From NCBI GenBank assembly GCA_041690395.1, contig JAWLHJ010000001.1:352001-416000 (forward strand): 64,000 bases of DNA. Reading direction: 5' to 3'. The translations under genes and the position numbers were made by a program. The DNA is from Longimicrobiales bacterium (GTDB taxonomy: Bacteria > Gemmatimonadota > Gemmatimonadetes > Longimicrobiales > Gaopeijiaceae). The notes under the pieces are model-generated. The model had not been told where the DNA came from. It saw only the letters and a list, made by a program, of their open reading frames with translations, and made no database searches. Position 1 is the stretch's first letter. Each line of letters starts with the position of its first letter. Of the stretch, positions 39,568 to 49,784 are shown piece by piece.

Positions 39568-42500
39568 ATGAGTACCACTGCCGCCACCTCGTTGCCGCTC
39601 ACACCGATGCAGCTCGGCATGCTGTATCACCACCTCCGTGATGAGCAGCGAGGCCTGGATGTCCTTCAGATTGTGGTCGATCTCCGCGAGGACGTGGACG
39701 CCGGAAGACTGCGAAACGCCTGGCAGACCGTGGTTGGACGGCACGAGATGCTTCGGGCCGGCCTGGAGCGGGACGGAGGCCAGCGGGCGTCCTGGATCTT
39801 CCATGACTCGCCGACCGTCGACCTCCAGGTACACGATTGGACCGGGACGTCCGAGTCCGAGCTGGAGGCGCGATTCGAGGCGTTTCTCCAGGATGACCGC
39901 GCCCGGGGTTTTCAGCTCGACCGGCCGCCGCTCACGCGGGTGACGCTGCTGCAGTTCCGAGATGAGCGGTTCCGGTGCGTTTGGACTGTGCCCCACATCG
40001 TGCTTGACGCGGGTTCGTTCGTGCACGTGCTCGACGAGGTGTGGCGCGTGTACCACGCTCTGGGCGAAGGCGTCGATGCGCCGATGCGTCCCGTCCGCCC
40101 GTATTCGGAGTATCTTCTCTGGAGTGCGCAGCACGAGGTCGACGGAGCGCAAGACTTCTGGAGGCCACTTCTCGAAGGGTACACGACCCCCATCGACGTG
40201 GCTGCCGGAGGATCCGTGGACGGCGGCACCCTCGAGCTTCGCCGCGAGCTTCCTGCCGGCCTGACCGCGCGATTGAGCGAGGTGGCGGCAGCGAATAATG
40301 TCCGGTTGAGCACGATGGTGCTTGCGGGCTGGTCCCTCGTGCTCGGCAAGCTGTCGGGCGAGGATGACGTGGTCTTCGGACAGACGCGCGCGGGGCGGCC
40401 CGGCACCGTCGAAGGTGCGGACGAAATGGTGGGCCTGTTCATCAATACGGTACCCACCCGCGCTCGGCTTCCCGCGGAAGGTTCCGTCCGTGATCTGCTG
40501 ACGGAGATCCGGAAACAGCAGGTCGACGTCAGGCCCTTCGAGCATACCCCGCTGCCCGATATCCAGTCGTGGTCCGATCTGCCCCGGAACACGCCTCTCT
40601 TTCAGAGCATCGTAGTCTTTGATCGTGAGACCCTGGCCACGCGTCTTCGTGCGCTCGGCGGCGCCTGGGAGACCAGAGACGCACAGCTGCGTGAGCGACT
40701 CGGTTCGGAGCTCACCGTCCACGTCTACGGCGAAGATCCGATGCAGCTCGTGGCGGTCGCGGACGCGCGGAGGTTCAGTGCGGACCGGGTTCGAGCGATG
40801 CTCGGAGCGCTCGAGGCCGTGCTTCATCAGATGGCGGAGCGCCCGGACGCGAGCGTCGGAGATCTGTCGCTCCTTCCTGCGGCCCTTCGCGATGAAGTCC
40901 TGCACCGCTGGAACGACACGGAACACCCGCTCCCGGCCCAGCGCACCGTCCATGGACAGTTCCGTGAGCGGGTGTCGAGCGCCGAGGCTCGCCCGGCGCT
41001 CCGGGACGGCTCTGTCGCTCTGAGCTACCGCGAGCTCGACCAGCGCTCCAACAGTCTGGCCCGGTACCTGGTCGGCTTGGGTGTCGAGCCGGGCACCCTG
41101 GTCGGGCTGGTCGCGGAACGGTCGGTCGAGGCTATCGTCGGCATGATGGGCATCCTCAAGGCCGGGGGGGCCTATGTTCCCCTCGATCCCGGTTTCCCGC
41201 AGGATCGCCTCGCGTTCATGATCGAGGATTCGGGGGTCGAGATCCTGCTGTCGTCCCGCGCCCGCTTGGCCGATCTGCCGGAACACGGTGCGCGCATCGT
41301 GCACCTCGATGCCGACGGACGGGCCTTCCGGGAGGACGACGCACCTCTCGAGCTCAGGGGTGGACCCGAGGACCTCGCTTACGTGATGTACACATCCGGC
41401 TCCACGGGACGACCCAAGGGCGTCGCGGTCGAGCACCGGAACGTGACCGCGTTCTTCACCGCCATGGACCAGCATCTGGGTACCGATCCGGGTGTATGGC
41501 TCTCGGTCACGACGCTGTCGTTCGACATCTCCGTCCTGGAACTGCTCTGGACGCTGACCCGCGGGTTCGAAGTCGTCCTCTACGACGACGAGCGCTCGGC
41601 GCCGGCACCGGTCGAGACGCCTTCGAAGGCGTCGGCGAAGTCCACGCGCTCCATCGACTTCAGCCTGTTCTACTTCTCGGCCGACGAGGGCGCTGACCCG
41701 GGCCAGAAGTACCAGCTTCTCATGGAGGGCGCTCGCTTCGCCGATCGCAACGGGTTCAAGGCGGTCTGGACGCCGGAGCGCCACTTCCACGCGTTCGGAG
41801 GTCTCTATCCGAATCCGGCGGTGACCGGGGCCGCGGTCGCGGCCATCACGGAGCATGTGGAGATCCGGTCGGGAAGCGTGGTGCTTCCGCTCCATCACCC
41901 GGCCCGGGTCGCGGAAGAGTGGGCCGTCGTGGACAACATCTCAGGCGGCCGGGTCGGGGTATCGTTCGCGTCGGGGTGGCAGTCCGACGACTTCTGCCTC
42001 CGCCCGGACAACTACGAAGACCGGAAGGAGTACCTTTACGAGGCCATCGAGACCGTCCGGAAGCTCTGGCGGGGTGAGACCCTCCAATTCCCTGGTCCCA
42101 AGGGGGACGTGGCGGTGCGGACGCTCCCGCGGCCCATCCAAGACGAGCTGCCCATCTGGGTGACCACGGCGGGCAGCGTCGAGTCGTTCGAGTCGGCAGG
42201 CAAGATCGGCGCGAACATCCTGACGCACCTCCTCGGCCAGTCTGTCGAAGACATCACCGAGAAGATCCAGGTGTACCGTGAGGCGCGTGAGAAGGCCGGT
42301 CATGAGGGGCCGGGCACGGTCTCGCTCATGCTGCACACGTTCGTGGGCGGGGACGACGCGGACGTGCGTGAGCGGGTCCGAGAACCCATGAAGGCCTACC
42401 TGAAGACCGCCGTCGGCCTGATGAAGAACTTCCACCAGGCGTGGGAGATCTACAAAGACCGGTCTCGCCAAAAGGACCGCGCGGAGGGCGGATTCGGGAG

Positions 42501-43953
42501 CCTGTCCGACGAGGACATGGATTCGCTCCTCGACTTCGCGTTCGAGCGGTATTACGAGACCAGCGGTCTGTTCGGATCCGTCGACCGGTGCATGGAGCGC
42601 ATCGAGCAGCTTCGAGAGGCCGGAGTCGATGACATCGCGTGCCTCGTCGATTTCGGGGTCGACACGGCCACGACGCTCGCGCACCTCGACCAGCTCGCCG
42701 AGTTGCGCACCCGGGTGAAGCAACTCGAGACGGAGTCGGGCTCCGCAGAAGACGGTCTGCCCGTGGGCTTCGCCGCGCAGGTGAAGAGCGCGGGCGTCAC
42801 CCACCTGCAGGCCACGCCGTCGCGGATGCGGATGTTCCTCGCGGATCCCGAAGCCAAGGAGGCGCTGGGTCGGCTCCAGGCCGTGCTCGTCGGGGGCGAG
42901 GCTTTCCCCGGACCGATGGCGGACGAGCTCCTGCGCGCCGGTCCGAATCGGTTGCTCAACGTGTACGGACCGACCGAGACGACGATCTGGTCATCCATAC
43001 GAGAGGTTCAGCCCGAAGACGCCGAGGAGGCGGTGGTCCCCATCGGCCGGCCGTTGGCCAACGAGCGCCTCTACGTGGTCGACGGCAACGCGAACCCCGT
43101 GCCCCCCGGTGTCCCCGGAGAGCTGTGGATCGGGGGAGCGGGCGTCGTGAGAGGCTACCTGGACCGGCCCGAGCTCACCGCGGATCGTTTTCTGCCCGAC
43201 CCGTTCCTCCCCGACTCCGACGCACGGGTCTACCGGACCGGTGACCTGGTGCGGCAGCGGGACGACGGTGTCGTCGACTTCATGGGCCGCATCGACCACC
43301 AGGTGAAGATCCGCGGCCACAGGATCGAGCTCGGCGAGATCGACGCCGTACTCGTGGGCCACTCGGGCGTCGAGAGCGCCGTGACGGTGGTCCAGGAGCG
43401 CGGCCCCTCTGACGTGAGGCTCGTCTCCTACTACGTGCCGACCCGTCCCGGCGATGCATCGGAGGACGAGCTCCGTGAACAGTTGGCGCGTTCGCTTCCC
43501 GACGTGATGGTGCCGTCGATGTTGGTCCCGATCGACGAGATGCCGATGACGCCCAACGGGAAGGTCGACCGGAAGGCCCTTCCGGAGCCTTCCGCGGCAC
43601 GAGCCGGGAGTCGGCCCGCCGCTCCGGCCGCCACCCCGCGGAACGAGCTCGAGCGCCGCATCGCGGCCATCTGGATGGAGGAGCTCGGTGTACAGAATCT
43701 GAGCATCGACGAGAACTTCTTCGACGCGGGGGGACATTCGTTGTTGGCTGTCCAGGTCCAGTCCCGGCTCCAGACGGAGCTCGAACGGCGGATTCCTCTG
43801 ACCGATCTGTTCCGGTTTTCGACGGTACGCGGTCTCGCCGAGCATCTCGGTGCGGACGAGAAGGAGTCGGCGGCGGAGCAGGGCCTCGATCGCGCGGCCA
43901 TGAGGCGGAGGGCCCGAGGCGGGCGTCCTTCCTCGGGAGGGACGACGTCGTGA
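39568..43953 (+). CDS. NRPS: C - A (interrupted by MupA-type luciferase-like monooxygenase) - PCP
   Basis: PHIVLDAG; YTSGSTGRPKG, FDIS; insert FSLFYF..WTPERHFHAFGGLYPNP; YGPTETTIWS, YRTGD, NGKVDR; FFDAGGHSLL. Confidence 0.93.
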   Translation: MSTTAATSLPLTPMQLGMLYHHLRDEQRGLDVLQIVVDLREDVDAGRLRNAWQTVVGRHEMLRAGLERDGGQRASWIFHDSPTVDLQVHDWTGTSESELEARFEAFLQDDRARGFQLDRPPLTRVTLLQFRDERFRCVWTVPHIVLDAGSFVHVLDEVWRVYHALGEGVDAPMRPVRPYSEYLLWSAQHEVDGAQDFWRPLLEGYTTPIDVAAGGSVDGGTLELRRELPAGLTARLSEVAAANNVRLSTMVLAGWSLVLGKLSGEDDVVFGQTRAGRPGTVEGADEMVGLFINTVPTRARLPAEGSVRDLLTEIRKQQVDVRPFEHTPLPDIQSWSDLPRNTPLFQSIVVFDRETLATRLRALGGAWETRDAQLRERLGSELTVHVYGEDPMQLVAVADARRFSADRVRAMLGALEAVLHQMAERPDASVGDLSLLPAALRDEVLHRWNDTEHPLPAQRTVHGQFRERVSSAEARPALRDGSVALSYRELDQRSNSLARYLVGLGVEPGTLVGLVAERSVEAIVGMMGILKAGGAYVPLDPGFPQDRLAFMIEDSGVEILLSSRARLADLPEHGARIVHLDADGRAFREDDAPLELRGGPEDLAYVMYTSGSTGRPKGVAVEHRNVTAFFTAMDQHLGTDPGVWLSVTTLSFDISVLELLWTLTRGFEVVLYDDERSAPAPVETPSKASAKSTRSIDFSLFYFSADEGADPGQKYQLLMEGARFADRNGFKAVWTPERHFHAFGGLYPNPAVTGAAVAAITEHVEIRSGSVVLPLHHPARVAEEWAVVDNISGGRVGVSFASGWQSDDFCLRPDNYEDRKEYLYEAIETVRKLWRGETLQFPGPKGDVAVRTLPRPIQDELPIWVTTAGSVESFESAGKIGANILTHLLGQSVEDITEKIQVYREAREKAGHEGPGTVSLMLHTFVGGDDADVRERVREPMKAYLKTAVGLMKNFHQAWEIYKDRSRQKDRAEGGFGSLSDEDMDSLLDFAFERYYETSGLFGSVDRCMERIEQLREAGVDDIACLVDFGVDTATTLAHLDQLAELRTRVKQLETESGSAEDGLPVGFAAQVKSAGVTHLQATPSRMRMFLADPEAKEALGRLQAVLVGGEAFPGPMADELLRAGPNRLLNVYGPTETTIWSSIREVQPEDAEEAVVPIGRPLANERLYVVDGNANPVPPGVPGELWIGGAGVVRGYLDRPELTADRFLPDPFLPDSDARVYRTGDLVRQRDDGVVDFMGRIDHQVKIRGHRIELGEIDAVLVGHSGVESAVTVVQERGPSDVRLVSYYVPTRPGDASEDELREQLARSLPDVMVPSMLVPIDEMPMTPNGKVDRKALPEPSAARAGSRPAAPAATPRNELERRIAAIWMEELGVQNLSIDENFFDAGGHSLLAVQVQSRLQTELERRIPLTDLFRFSTVRGLAEHLGADEKESAAEQGLDRAAMRRRARGGRPSSGGTTS

Positions 43954-46900
43954 CCGATTCCCGCATTCCCGAAGGCGCCATCGCCATCGTCGGCATGTCG
44001 GGTCGTTTTCCCGGCGCCGCCGACGTGGACGCGTTCTGGCGGAACCTCCGCGAGGGGCGCGAGAGCATCGCGCGTCTCGAGGACTCGGTGCTCGAGGCGG
44101 CCGGGGTGCACAGGTCCCTGCTCGACGACCCCCACTTCGTGAAGGCCGAGGCCGTCCTCGACCGCATGGAGTACTTCGACGCGGGCTTCTTCGGCATGAG
44201 TCCGAAGGACGCGGCGATCATGGATCCGCAGGTCCGGCACATCCTGGAGTGTGCTTGGCACGCGCTCGAGCACGCGGGTCACGTGCCGGAGCGTTTCGGG
44301 GGGAACGTGGGGGTCTTCGCCGGGTGCGGGGTCAGCTCGTACTTCTGGCAGAACGTGTTGGCCAACGATGAGCTTCGGGATTCGGTCGGATTCTTCCTGC
44401 TTCGCCACACCGGCAACGACAAGGACTTCCTCTCGACCCGGATCTCGTACGAGTTCGACCTCAAGGGTCCGAGCGTGGGTGTCCAGACGGCGTGCTCGAC
44501 TTCCCTGGTGGCCGTTCATTACGCCTGTCAGAGCCTCCTGAGCTGGGAGTGCGACATGGCCCTGGCCGGAGGGGTGACCATCAACCAGCCGCACGGCCGG
44601 GGCTACGTCTACCAGGAAGGGGAGATCCTCTCGCCGGACGGACACTGCAGGTCGTTCGACCACGAGGCCGGAGGTACGGTCTTCGGCAGCGGTGTAGGCG
44701 TCGTCGTCCTCCGGCGTCTCGAGGAGGCCCTGGAAGACGGCGATACGATCCACGCCGTCATCCGCGGCTCGGCCGTGAACAACGATGGCTCGGGCAAGGT
44801 GAGCTACCTGGCGCCCAGCGTGGACGGCCAGGCGAAGGCCATTGCGGAAGCGGTGTCCGTCGCGGGCGTGGACGCCTACTCCATCGGGTTCGTGGAAGGT
44901 CACGGGACCGCCACGCCCATCGGCGACCCCATCGAGGTGGCGGCGCTCACCCAGGCGTTCCGGACCCAGACCGAGAAGACCGGCTTCTGTGCCCTGGGCT
45001 CCGTGAAGTCGAACATCGGGCACCTGGACACCGCCGCCGGCGTCGCGAGCCTGATCAAGGTCGTCCAGGCGCTGAAGCACGCGGAGATTCCCCCGACCGT
45101 GCACTTCGACGCACCCAACCCGCAGCTCGAGCTCCCGTCGACCCCGTTCTTCATCAACAACCAGACCATCCCGTGGCCCCGTGTGGGTGACCGGCGCCGG
45201 GCCGGCGTGAGCTCGCTGGGCGTGGGCGGGACGAACGCCCATGTCGTCGTCGAGGAGGCGCCCGCGCAACGTGCCGCTGGAGAGGGAAGGCCCTGGCACC
45301 TGCTGCCCGTCTCCGGGCGCTCGAGGGGCGTGGTCGAGGCGGCGTCACGCAATCTCGTCGAGCACCTCGAGGCGCACCCGGACGAGGCGCTCGCGGACGT
45401 TTCGTATACGCTGCGCCATGGGCGCAAGGCGTTCGATCATCGTCGGGCCGTGGTGTGCAGGTCAGCGGAGGAGGCCATCGACGTGCTGGCGACCGGGCAG
45501 GGCGAGCGCCTGGTCGACGGAGTCGCCAAGGTCCGTGGGCGGGACGTCGTCTTCCTCTTCGCCGGGGGAGGCGCACAGTACCCGGACATGGGCCGGGCGC
45601 TGTACGAGCAGGAGCCCGTCTACCGGGAGGTCGTGGACCGGTTGCTCACCCACTTCGACCGGGAAGCCGACTTCGATCTCAGGGCGCTGCTCTACCCCGA
45701 GGCTGCGGCGGCGGAGGAGGCCGGGAAGTCGCTCCAGCGGCCCTCCAGGGCCCTTCCGGCGCTCTTCATCACGCAGTACGCGCAGGCGCGTCTCTGGATG
45801 TCGTGGGGCATCGAGCCGACTTCGATGATCGGGCACTCCATGGGTGAGTACACCGCTGCCTGTCTGGCCGGGGTCTTCTCGCCGGAGGAAGCCCTGTCGC
45901 TCGTGAGCCTTCGGGGGCGTCTGTTCGAAACCCTTCCGCCTGGTGCCATGACGAGCGTGAACGTGGGCGTCGAGGAGGTCGAGCCGCATCTCGGACCCGA
46001 GCTCTCCATCGCCGCCGTGAACGCCCCCGAGCTGACGTTGGTCGCTGGACCGGTGGCGGCCGTCGAGGCCTTGGAGAGCCGCCTCGCCGACCTGGAGATC
46101 GATACGCGGCGCGTGCGCATCGACGTCGCGGCCCACTCCGCCATGCTCGAGCCCATTCTCGAGGAGTTCGGGAGGTACCTCTCGGGCCTCCGGCTGTCCG
46201 AGCCCGAGCGGCCGTTCGTGTCGAACCTCACCGGCGCCCCCGTCCAGCCTGGCGAGGTCACGACCGCGGAGTACTGGGTCCGGCACCTCCGCGAGACCGT
46301 CCGGTTCGGTTCGGGGCTCTCGTCGCTCCTCGCGCCCGACGGCCCGGTGCTTCTCGAGGTCGGCCCCGGCCGCACCCTCGCGACCCTGGCCAAGCTCCAT
46401 CCGGAGCGGACGCCTGAGCAGCCCATCGCGCACTCGCTCCCGCATCCGGACGAGATCGGCGACGCCCAGGCATTCCACCTGACCGCACTCGGCCAGATCT
46501 GGGCCCACGGTGTCGACATCGACTGGTCCCTGTTCGACGCGGGCTTCTCGAACCGCAGGACTCCGTTGCCCGGCTACCCGTTCGAGCGGGAGCCGTACTT
46601 CATCGAGGCTCCGGCGCCGCGTGAGGCGCGGGAAGGCGCTTCGGACAGCGCGGCCGAGGCAGCCAAGGGCTCGGACCGCGAAGAGGATGTGTCCCGGTGG
46701 TTCTACAGGCGACAGTGGTCGGCAGCGGATGCACCCGCTGCCCGTGAGCTATCAGGCAAGCGGGTCCTGGTGCTGGCGGATGAAGACTCCAGGGGGGCGG
46801 CGTTGGCCGACGAGCTCGGTCGTCGTGGGGCTACCGTCCTGCGGGTCCGTGCCGGGAAGACGTTCCGGGAAGTCTCGGAGGGAGCCGTGTTCGAGCTTTC

Positions 46901-49784
46901 GCCGGGCTCGCGTCAGGACTGGGACGATCTGGCGAGGACACTGCATAGCGCTGCTCTCATGCCGGGCGTCGTGGTCCATGCCTGGTCACTCGACGGGTCC
47001 GGCGACAACGGGGCGACGGACGATCTCGAAGCTCGAGCGTTCCACGCGCCGCTGCGGCTGTTCCAGGCGTTCGAGTCGACCGCCCCTGGACTTCCGATGG
47101 ACTTCGTCGCTCTGAGCACAGGGTTCTGGCACGCAGACGCCGGAACGACCCTCGAGCCGACGCACGCGTTGCTTCTCGGCCCCGTCCGTGTCGTACCGCG
47201 CGAGATCCCGACCGTGCGCGCACGACTGATCGACGCGTCGCCCGCGGTAGATCTGGCGCGAATCGCCGACGAGATTGGGTCGTCGGCGGCCGAGCCGGTG
47301 GTCGCACTCACGCCCGCCGAACGGTTCGTGGAGTCGTTCGATCGCACGCCGGTGGCCGCCGGCACGGACGACCGGGTCGTCCGCGACGGCGGTGCCTATC
47401 TCATCACCGGCGGGCTCGGAGGGATCGGGCTGGTGATTGCGCGTACCATGGCTTGCAAGGCCAAGGTGCGGCTCGCCCTGGTAGGCCGGAGCGGGCTTCC
47501 CGCAGCCGAGGCGCGGGATGCCTGGCTGCGCGAGCACCCAGCCACCGACAAGACGAGCAGGGCCATTCGTGAAGTCCAGGCGCTCGAGGCCATGGGCGCC
47601 GAGGTCGAGGTGTACGCCGCGGACGTCACCGACGCTTCGGCCGTCGACAACCTCGTGGCCACCGTTCACAAGCGGTTCGGAGCCATCGACGGCGTCGTGC
47701 ACGCGGCGGGCGTCCTCGACGACGGCCCGCTTCTGGGGCGCGAAGACGAGCGGATCCGGAGCGTGCTCGAGCCCAAGGTGCGCGGGGCCAGGGAGCTCGA
47801 CCGGGCCCTGACCGAGGCGGGCATTGAGCCGGCGTTCTTCGCTGTCTTCTCTTCCAGCAGCTCCGTGATCGGCGCGGCCGGACAGCTCGACTATACCGCG
47901 GCCAACGCGTTCCTGGACGCCTTCGCGGAGTCCCGGTCGGAACGTGCCGGGGGACGCACCGTCTCCATAGGCTGGGGCCCCTGGCGAGACGTCGGGATGG
48001 CCGCCGAGCTGACGGGCACGGACCGGTACGACGAGGATGTGTTGGCCGACGAGGGTGGGGCTCGACTCGAGCATCACCTGTTCGACACGCGCTCCGGCAC
48101 AGCCGGTGACATCGGGTTCCGTGCGCGCTTCGAGGTCGGTACCCACTGGATGCTCGACGAGCACCGGGTGAAGGATGGCGGATGGGTGCTGCCGGGGTCG
48201 GGGTATGTCGAGCTCGTGCACGCCGCCTATCGCGAAGCGGTGGGACAGCCCCCCGCGCTGCTCAAGGATCTGGTCTTCCTCCGCCCCTTCGGTGTCACCC
48301 GCGAGGAACCGCGGGAACTGGAGGTACGGTTGTCCGCGAACGGGGAGGGATTCGAGGCCGTCTTGCGAGGCCGCAGCAACGAGAATGACGCCTGGGTCGA
48401 GCATGCGACGGCCTGGGTGGGTGATGCGCCCGAAGAGCACGCTCCGCATGCGGCGACGAGCGTCCAGGAGGTCCGGGGGCGGTTCGATGCACCCACCTCG
48501 GACGGGCGAGGGGTGCACCCGTTCATGGACTTCGGTCCGCGGTGGAACAACGTCACGGGCTCCACGGCCCAGGGCCGCGAGGCGCTCCTGGAACTGGCGT
48601 TGCCGGAGGAGTTTCACGACGACCTCGGGTCGTTCCACCTCCACCCGGCGCTTCTCGACACGGCCACGGCCGGCGCGCAGGACCTCATCGAGGAGCTCGA
48701 TCGGGGCGATGGGGCCCTGGTCCCCGTGGGATATGGAGCGGTACGCGTCCATGGTGCGTTCGCGCCGCGGATGAGCAGCCATGTCGCACTGAAGGAAGTC
48801 GATGACGAAGCCTCGTTCGCGAGCTTCGACGTCGGGATCTACGACGAGGAAGGTGCACTCGTCGCCGAGATTTCCGACTTCAGCATGATGCGGGTCACCC
48901 AGGGCCAGCTTTCGGAGGGCGAGGGTGGCTCGGACGCCCCCGGATGGCTCCAGAATGCCATTGGGCCGAGAGACGGAGGCGAGGCCTTCCTGCGGATCGC
49001 CGAAAGCGATGTCTCAGGCCACATCCTGGTAAGCCCTCGCCCGCTCGGTGCCGTCATCGCCGAAGCCGGTGAGGCAAGCTCGAATGCGGGCGCCCGCAAG
49101 AGCACCAGAAAGCCGGTCCCGCAGGTCGATGTGAGGCCCGTCGAAGCCGCACTGGAGGAGCACGAGGCCGTGGCGGAGGCCGCGGTCCTCGCGGCCGCGG
49201 ACGTGGGTGGTGGCGTGCGTCTCGTCGCCTTCGTCGCGTTCGAAGCCGGACTCCATGCCACCGTAAGCGAGATCCGCCGGCACGTGCGAAGGCTCGTTCC
49301 GCCCGAGTCCGTGCCGAAGAACTTCGTCGAGCTTCCGGAGATCCCGCGCGACGAGGAGGGGCGGCTCCTTCGCTCCGAGCTGCGAGACCCCTTCGCCGAG
49401 GTCGACGACTACGTGGCCCCGCGCACGCCTACCGAAGAGGCACTGGCCGCGATCTGGCAGGACCTGCTCGGGCTCGACCGGGTGAGTGTCCACGACAACT
49501 TCCTCGACGTCGGAGGCCACTCACTGGTGGGGATTCGCGCCATCGTCAGGACGGAGAAGGAGACGGGTGTCCGCATTCACGCCAACGCGCTTACGCTGCA
49601 GTCCCTCGCGCAGATCGCCGAAGATATCGAAAGGAAGGGTGGAGGGGTGAGGACGGCTACCGTGCCCGAGGGCACGGGGCCGGAAGCCGTAACCGAGGCA
49701 GCGGCGGAGGTCGATGAGGCTCCGGGCAGTACCGACGACGGTGGATTCCTCTCCCGCGTAAAGAAGGTGATCGTAGGACGATGA
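43950..49784 (+). CDS. Type I PKS: KS-AT-KR-DH-(vestigial A subdomain)-carrier
   Basis: QTACSTSL, EGHGTAT, NIGHLD; GHSMG, VAAHS; GGLGGIG, YTAAN; EHRV..LPG, HPALLD; FLDVGGHSL. Confidence 0.93.
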   Translation: MTDSRIPEGAIAIVGMSGRFPGAADVDAFWRNLREGRESIARLEDSVLEAAGVHRSLLDDPHFVKAEAVLDRMEYFDAGFFGMSPKDAAIMDPQVRHILECAWHALEHAGHVPERFGGNVGVFAGCGVSSYFWQNVLANDELRDSVGFFLLRHTGNDKDFLSTRISYEFDLKGPSVGVQTACSTSLVAVHYACQSLLSWECDMALAGGVTINQPHGRGYVYQEGEILSPDGHCRSFDHEAGGTVFGSGVGVVVLRRLEEALEDGDTIHAVIRGSAVNNDGSGKVSYLAPSVDGQAKAIAEAVSVAGVDAYSIGFVEGHGTATPIGDPIEVAALTQAFRTQTEKTGFCALGSVKSNIGHLDTAAGVASLIKVVQALKHAEIPPTVHFDAPNPQLELPSTPFFINNQTIPWPRVGDRRRAGVSSLGVGGTNAHVVVEEAPAQRAAGEGRPWHLLPVSGRSRGVVEAASRNLVEHLEAHPDEALADVSYTLRHGRKAFDHRRAVVCRSAEEAIDVLATGQGERLVDGVAKVRGRDVVFLFAGGGAQYPDMGRALYEQEPVYREVVDRLLTHFDREADFDLRALLYPEAAAAEEAGKSLQRPSRALPALFITQYAQARLWMSWGIEPTSMIGHSMGEYTAACLAGVFSPEEALSLVSLRGRLFETLPPGAMTSVNVGVEEVEPHLGPELSIAAVNAPELTLVAGPVAAVEALESRLADLEIDTRRVRIDVAAHSAMLEPILEEFGRYLSGLRLSEPERPFVSNLTGAPVQPGEVTTAEYWVRHLRETVRFGSGLSSLLAPDGPVLLEVGPGRTLATLAKLHPERTPEQPIAHSLPHPDEIGDAQAFHLTALGQIWAHGVDIDWSLFDAGFSNRRTPLPGYPFEREPYFIEAPAPREAREGASDSAAEAAKGSDREEDVSRWFYRRQWSAADAPAARELSGKRVLVLADEDSRGAALADELGRRGATVLRVRAGKTFREVSEGAVFELSPGSRQDWDDLARTLHSAALMPGVVVHAWSLDGSGDNGATDDLEARAFHAPLRLFQAFESTAPGLPMDFVALSTGFWHADAGTTLEPTHALLLGPVRVVPREIPTVRARLIDASPAVDLARIADEIGSSAAEPVVALTPAERFVESFDRTPVAAGTDDRVVRDGGAYLITGGLGGIGLVIARTMACKAKVRLALVGRSGLPAAEARDAWLREHPATDKTSRAIREVQALEAMGAEVEVYAADVTDASAVDNLVATVHKRFGAIDGVVHAAGVLDDGPLLGREDERIRSVLEPKVRGARELDRALTEAGIEPAFFAVFSSSSSVIGAAGQLDYTAANAFLDAFAESRSERAGGRTVSIGWGPWRDVGMAAELTGTDRYDEDVLADEGGARLEHHLFDTRSGTAGDIGFRARFEVGTHWMLDEHRVKDGGWVLPGSGYVELVHAAYREAVGQPPALLKDLVFLRPFGVTREEPRELEVRLSANGEGFEAVLRGRSNENDAWVEHATAWVGDAPEEHAPHAATSVQEVRGRFDAPTSDGRGVHPFMDFGPRWNNVTGSTAQGREALLELALPEEFHDDLGSFHLHPALLDTATAGAQDLIEELDRGDGALVPVGYGAVRVHGAFAPRMSSHVALKEVDDEASFASFDVGIYDEEGALVAEISDFSMMRVTQGQLSEGEGGSDAPGWLQNAIGPRDGGEAFLRIAESDVSGHILVSPRPLGAVIAEAGEASSNAGARKSTRKPVPQVDVRPVEAALEEHEAVAEAAVLAAADVGGGVRLVAFVAFEAGLHATVSEIRRHVRRLVPPESVPKNFVELPEIPRDEEGRLLRSELRDPFAEVDDYVAPRTPTEEALAAIWQDLLGLDRVSVHDNFLDVGGHSLVGIRAIVRTEKETGVRIHANALTLQSLAQIAEDIERKGGGVRTATVPEGTGPEAVTEAAAEVDEAPGSTDDGGFLSRVKKVIVGR

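Noticed and set aside
39568..49784. Siderophore interpretation (TonB-type receptor, formyltransferase, NRPS)
   Set aside because: No ornithine/lysine N-hydroxylase, catechol or salicylate genes, cyclisation domain or Fur box seen; A codes are Gly/Thr-like
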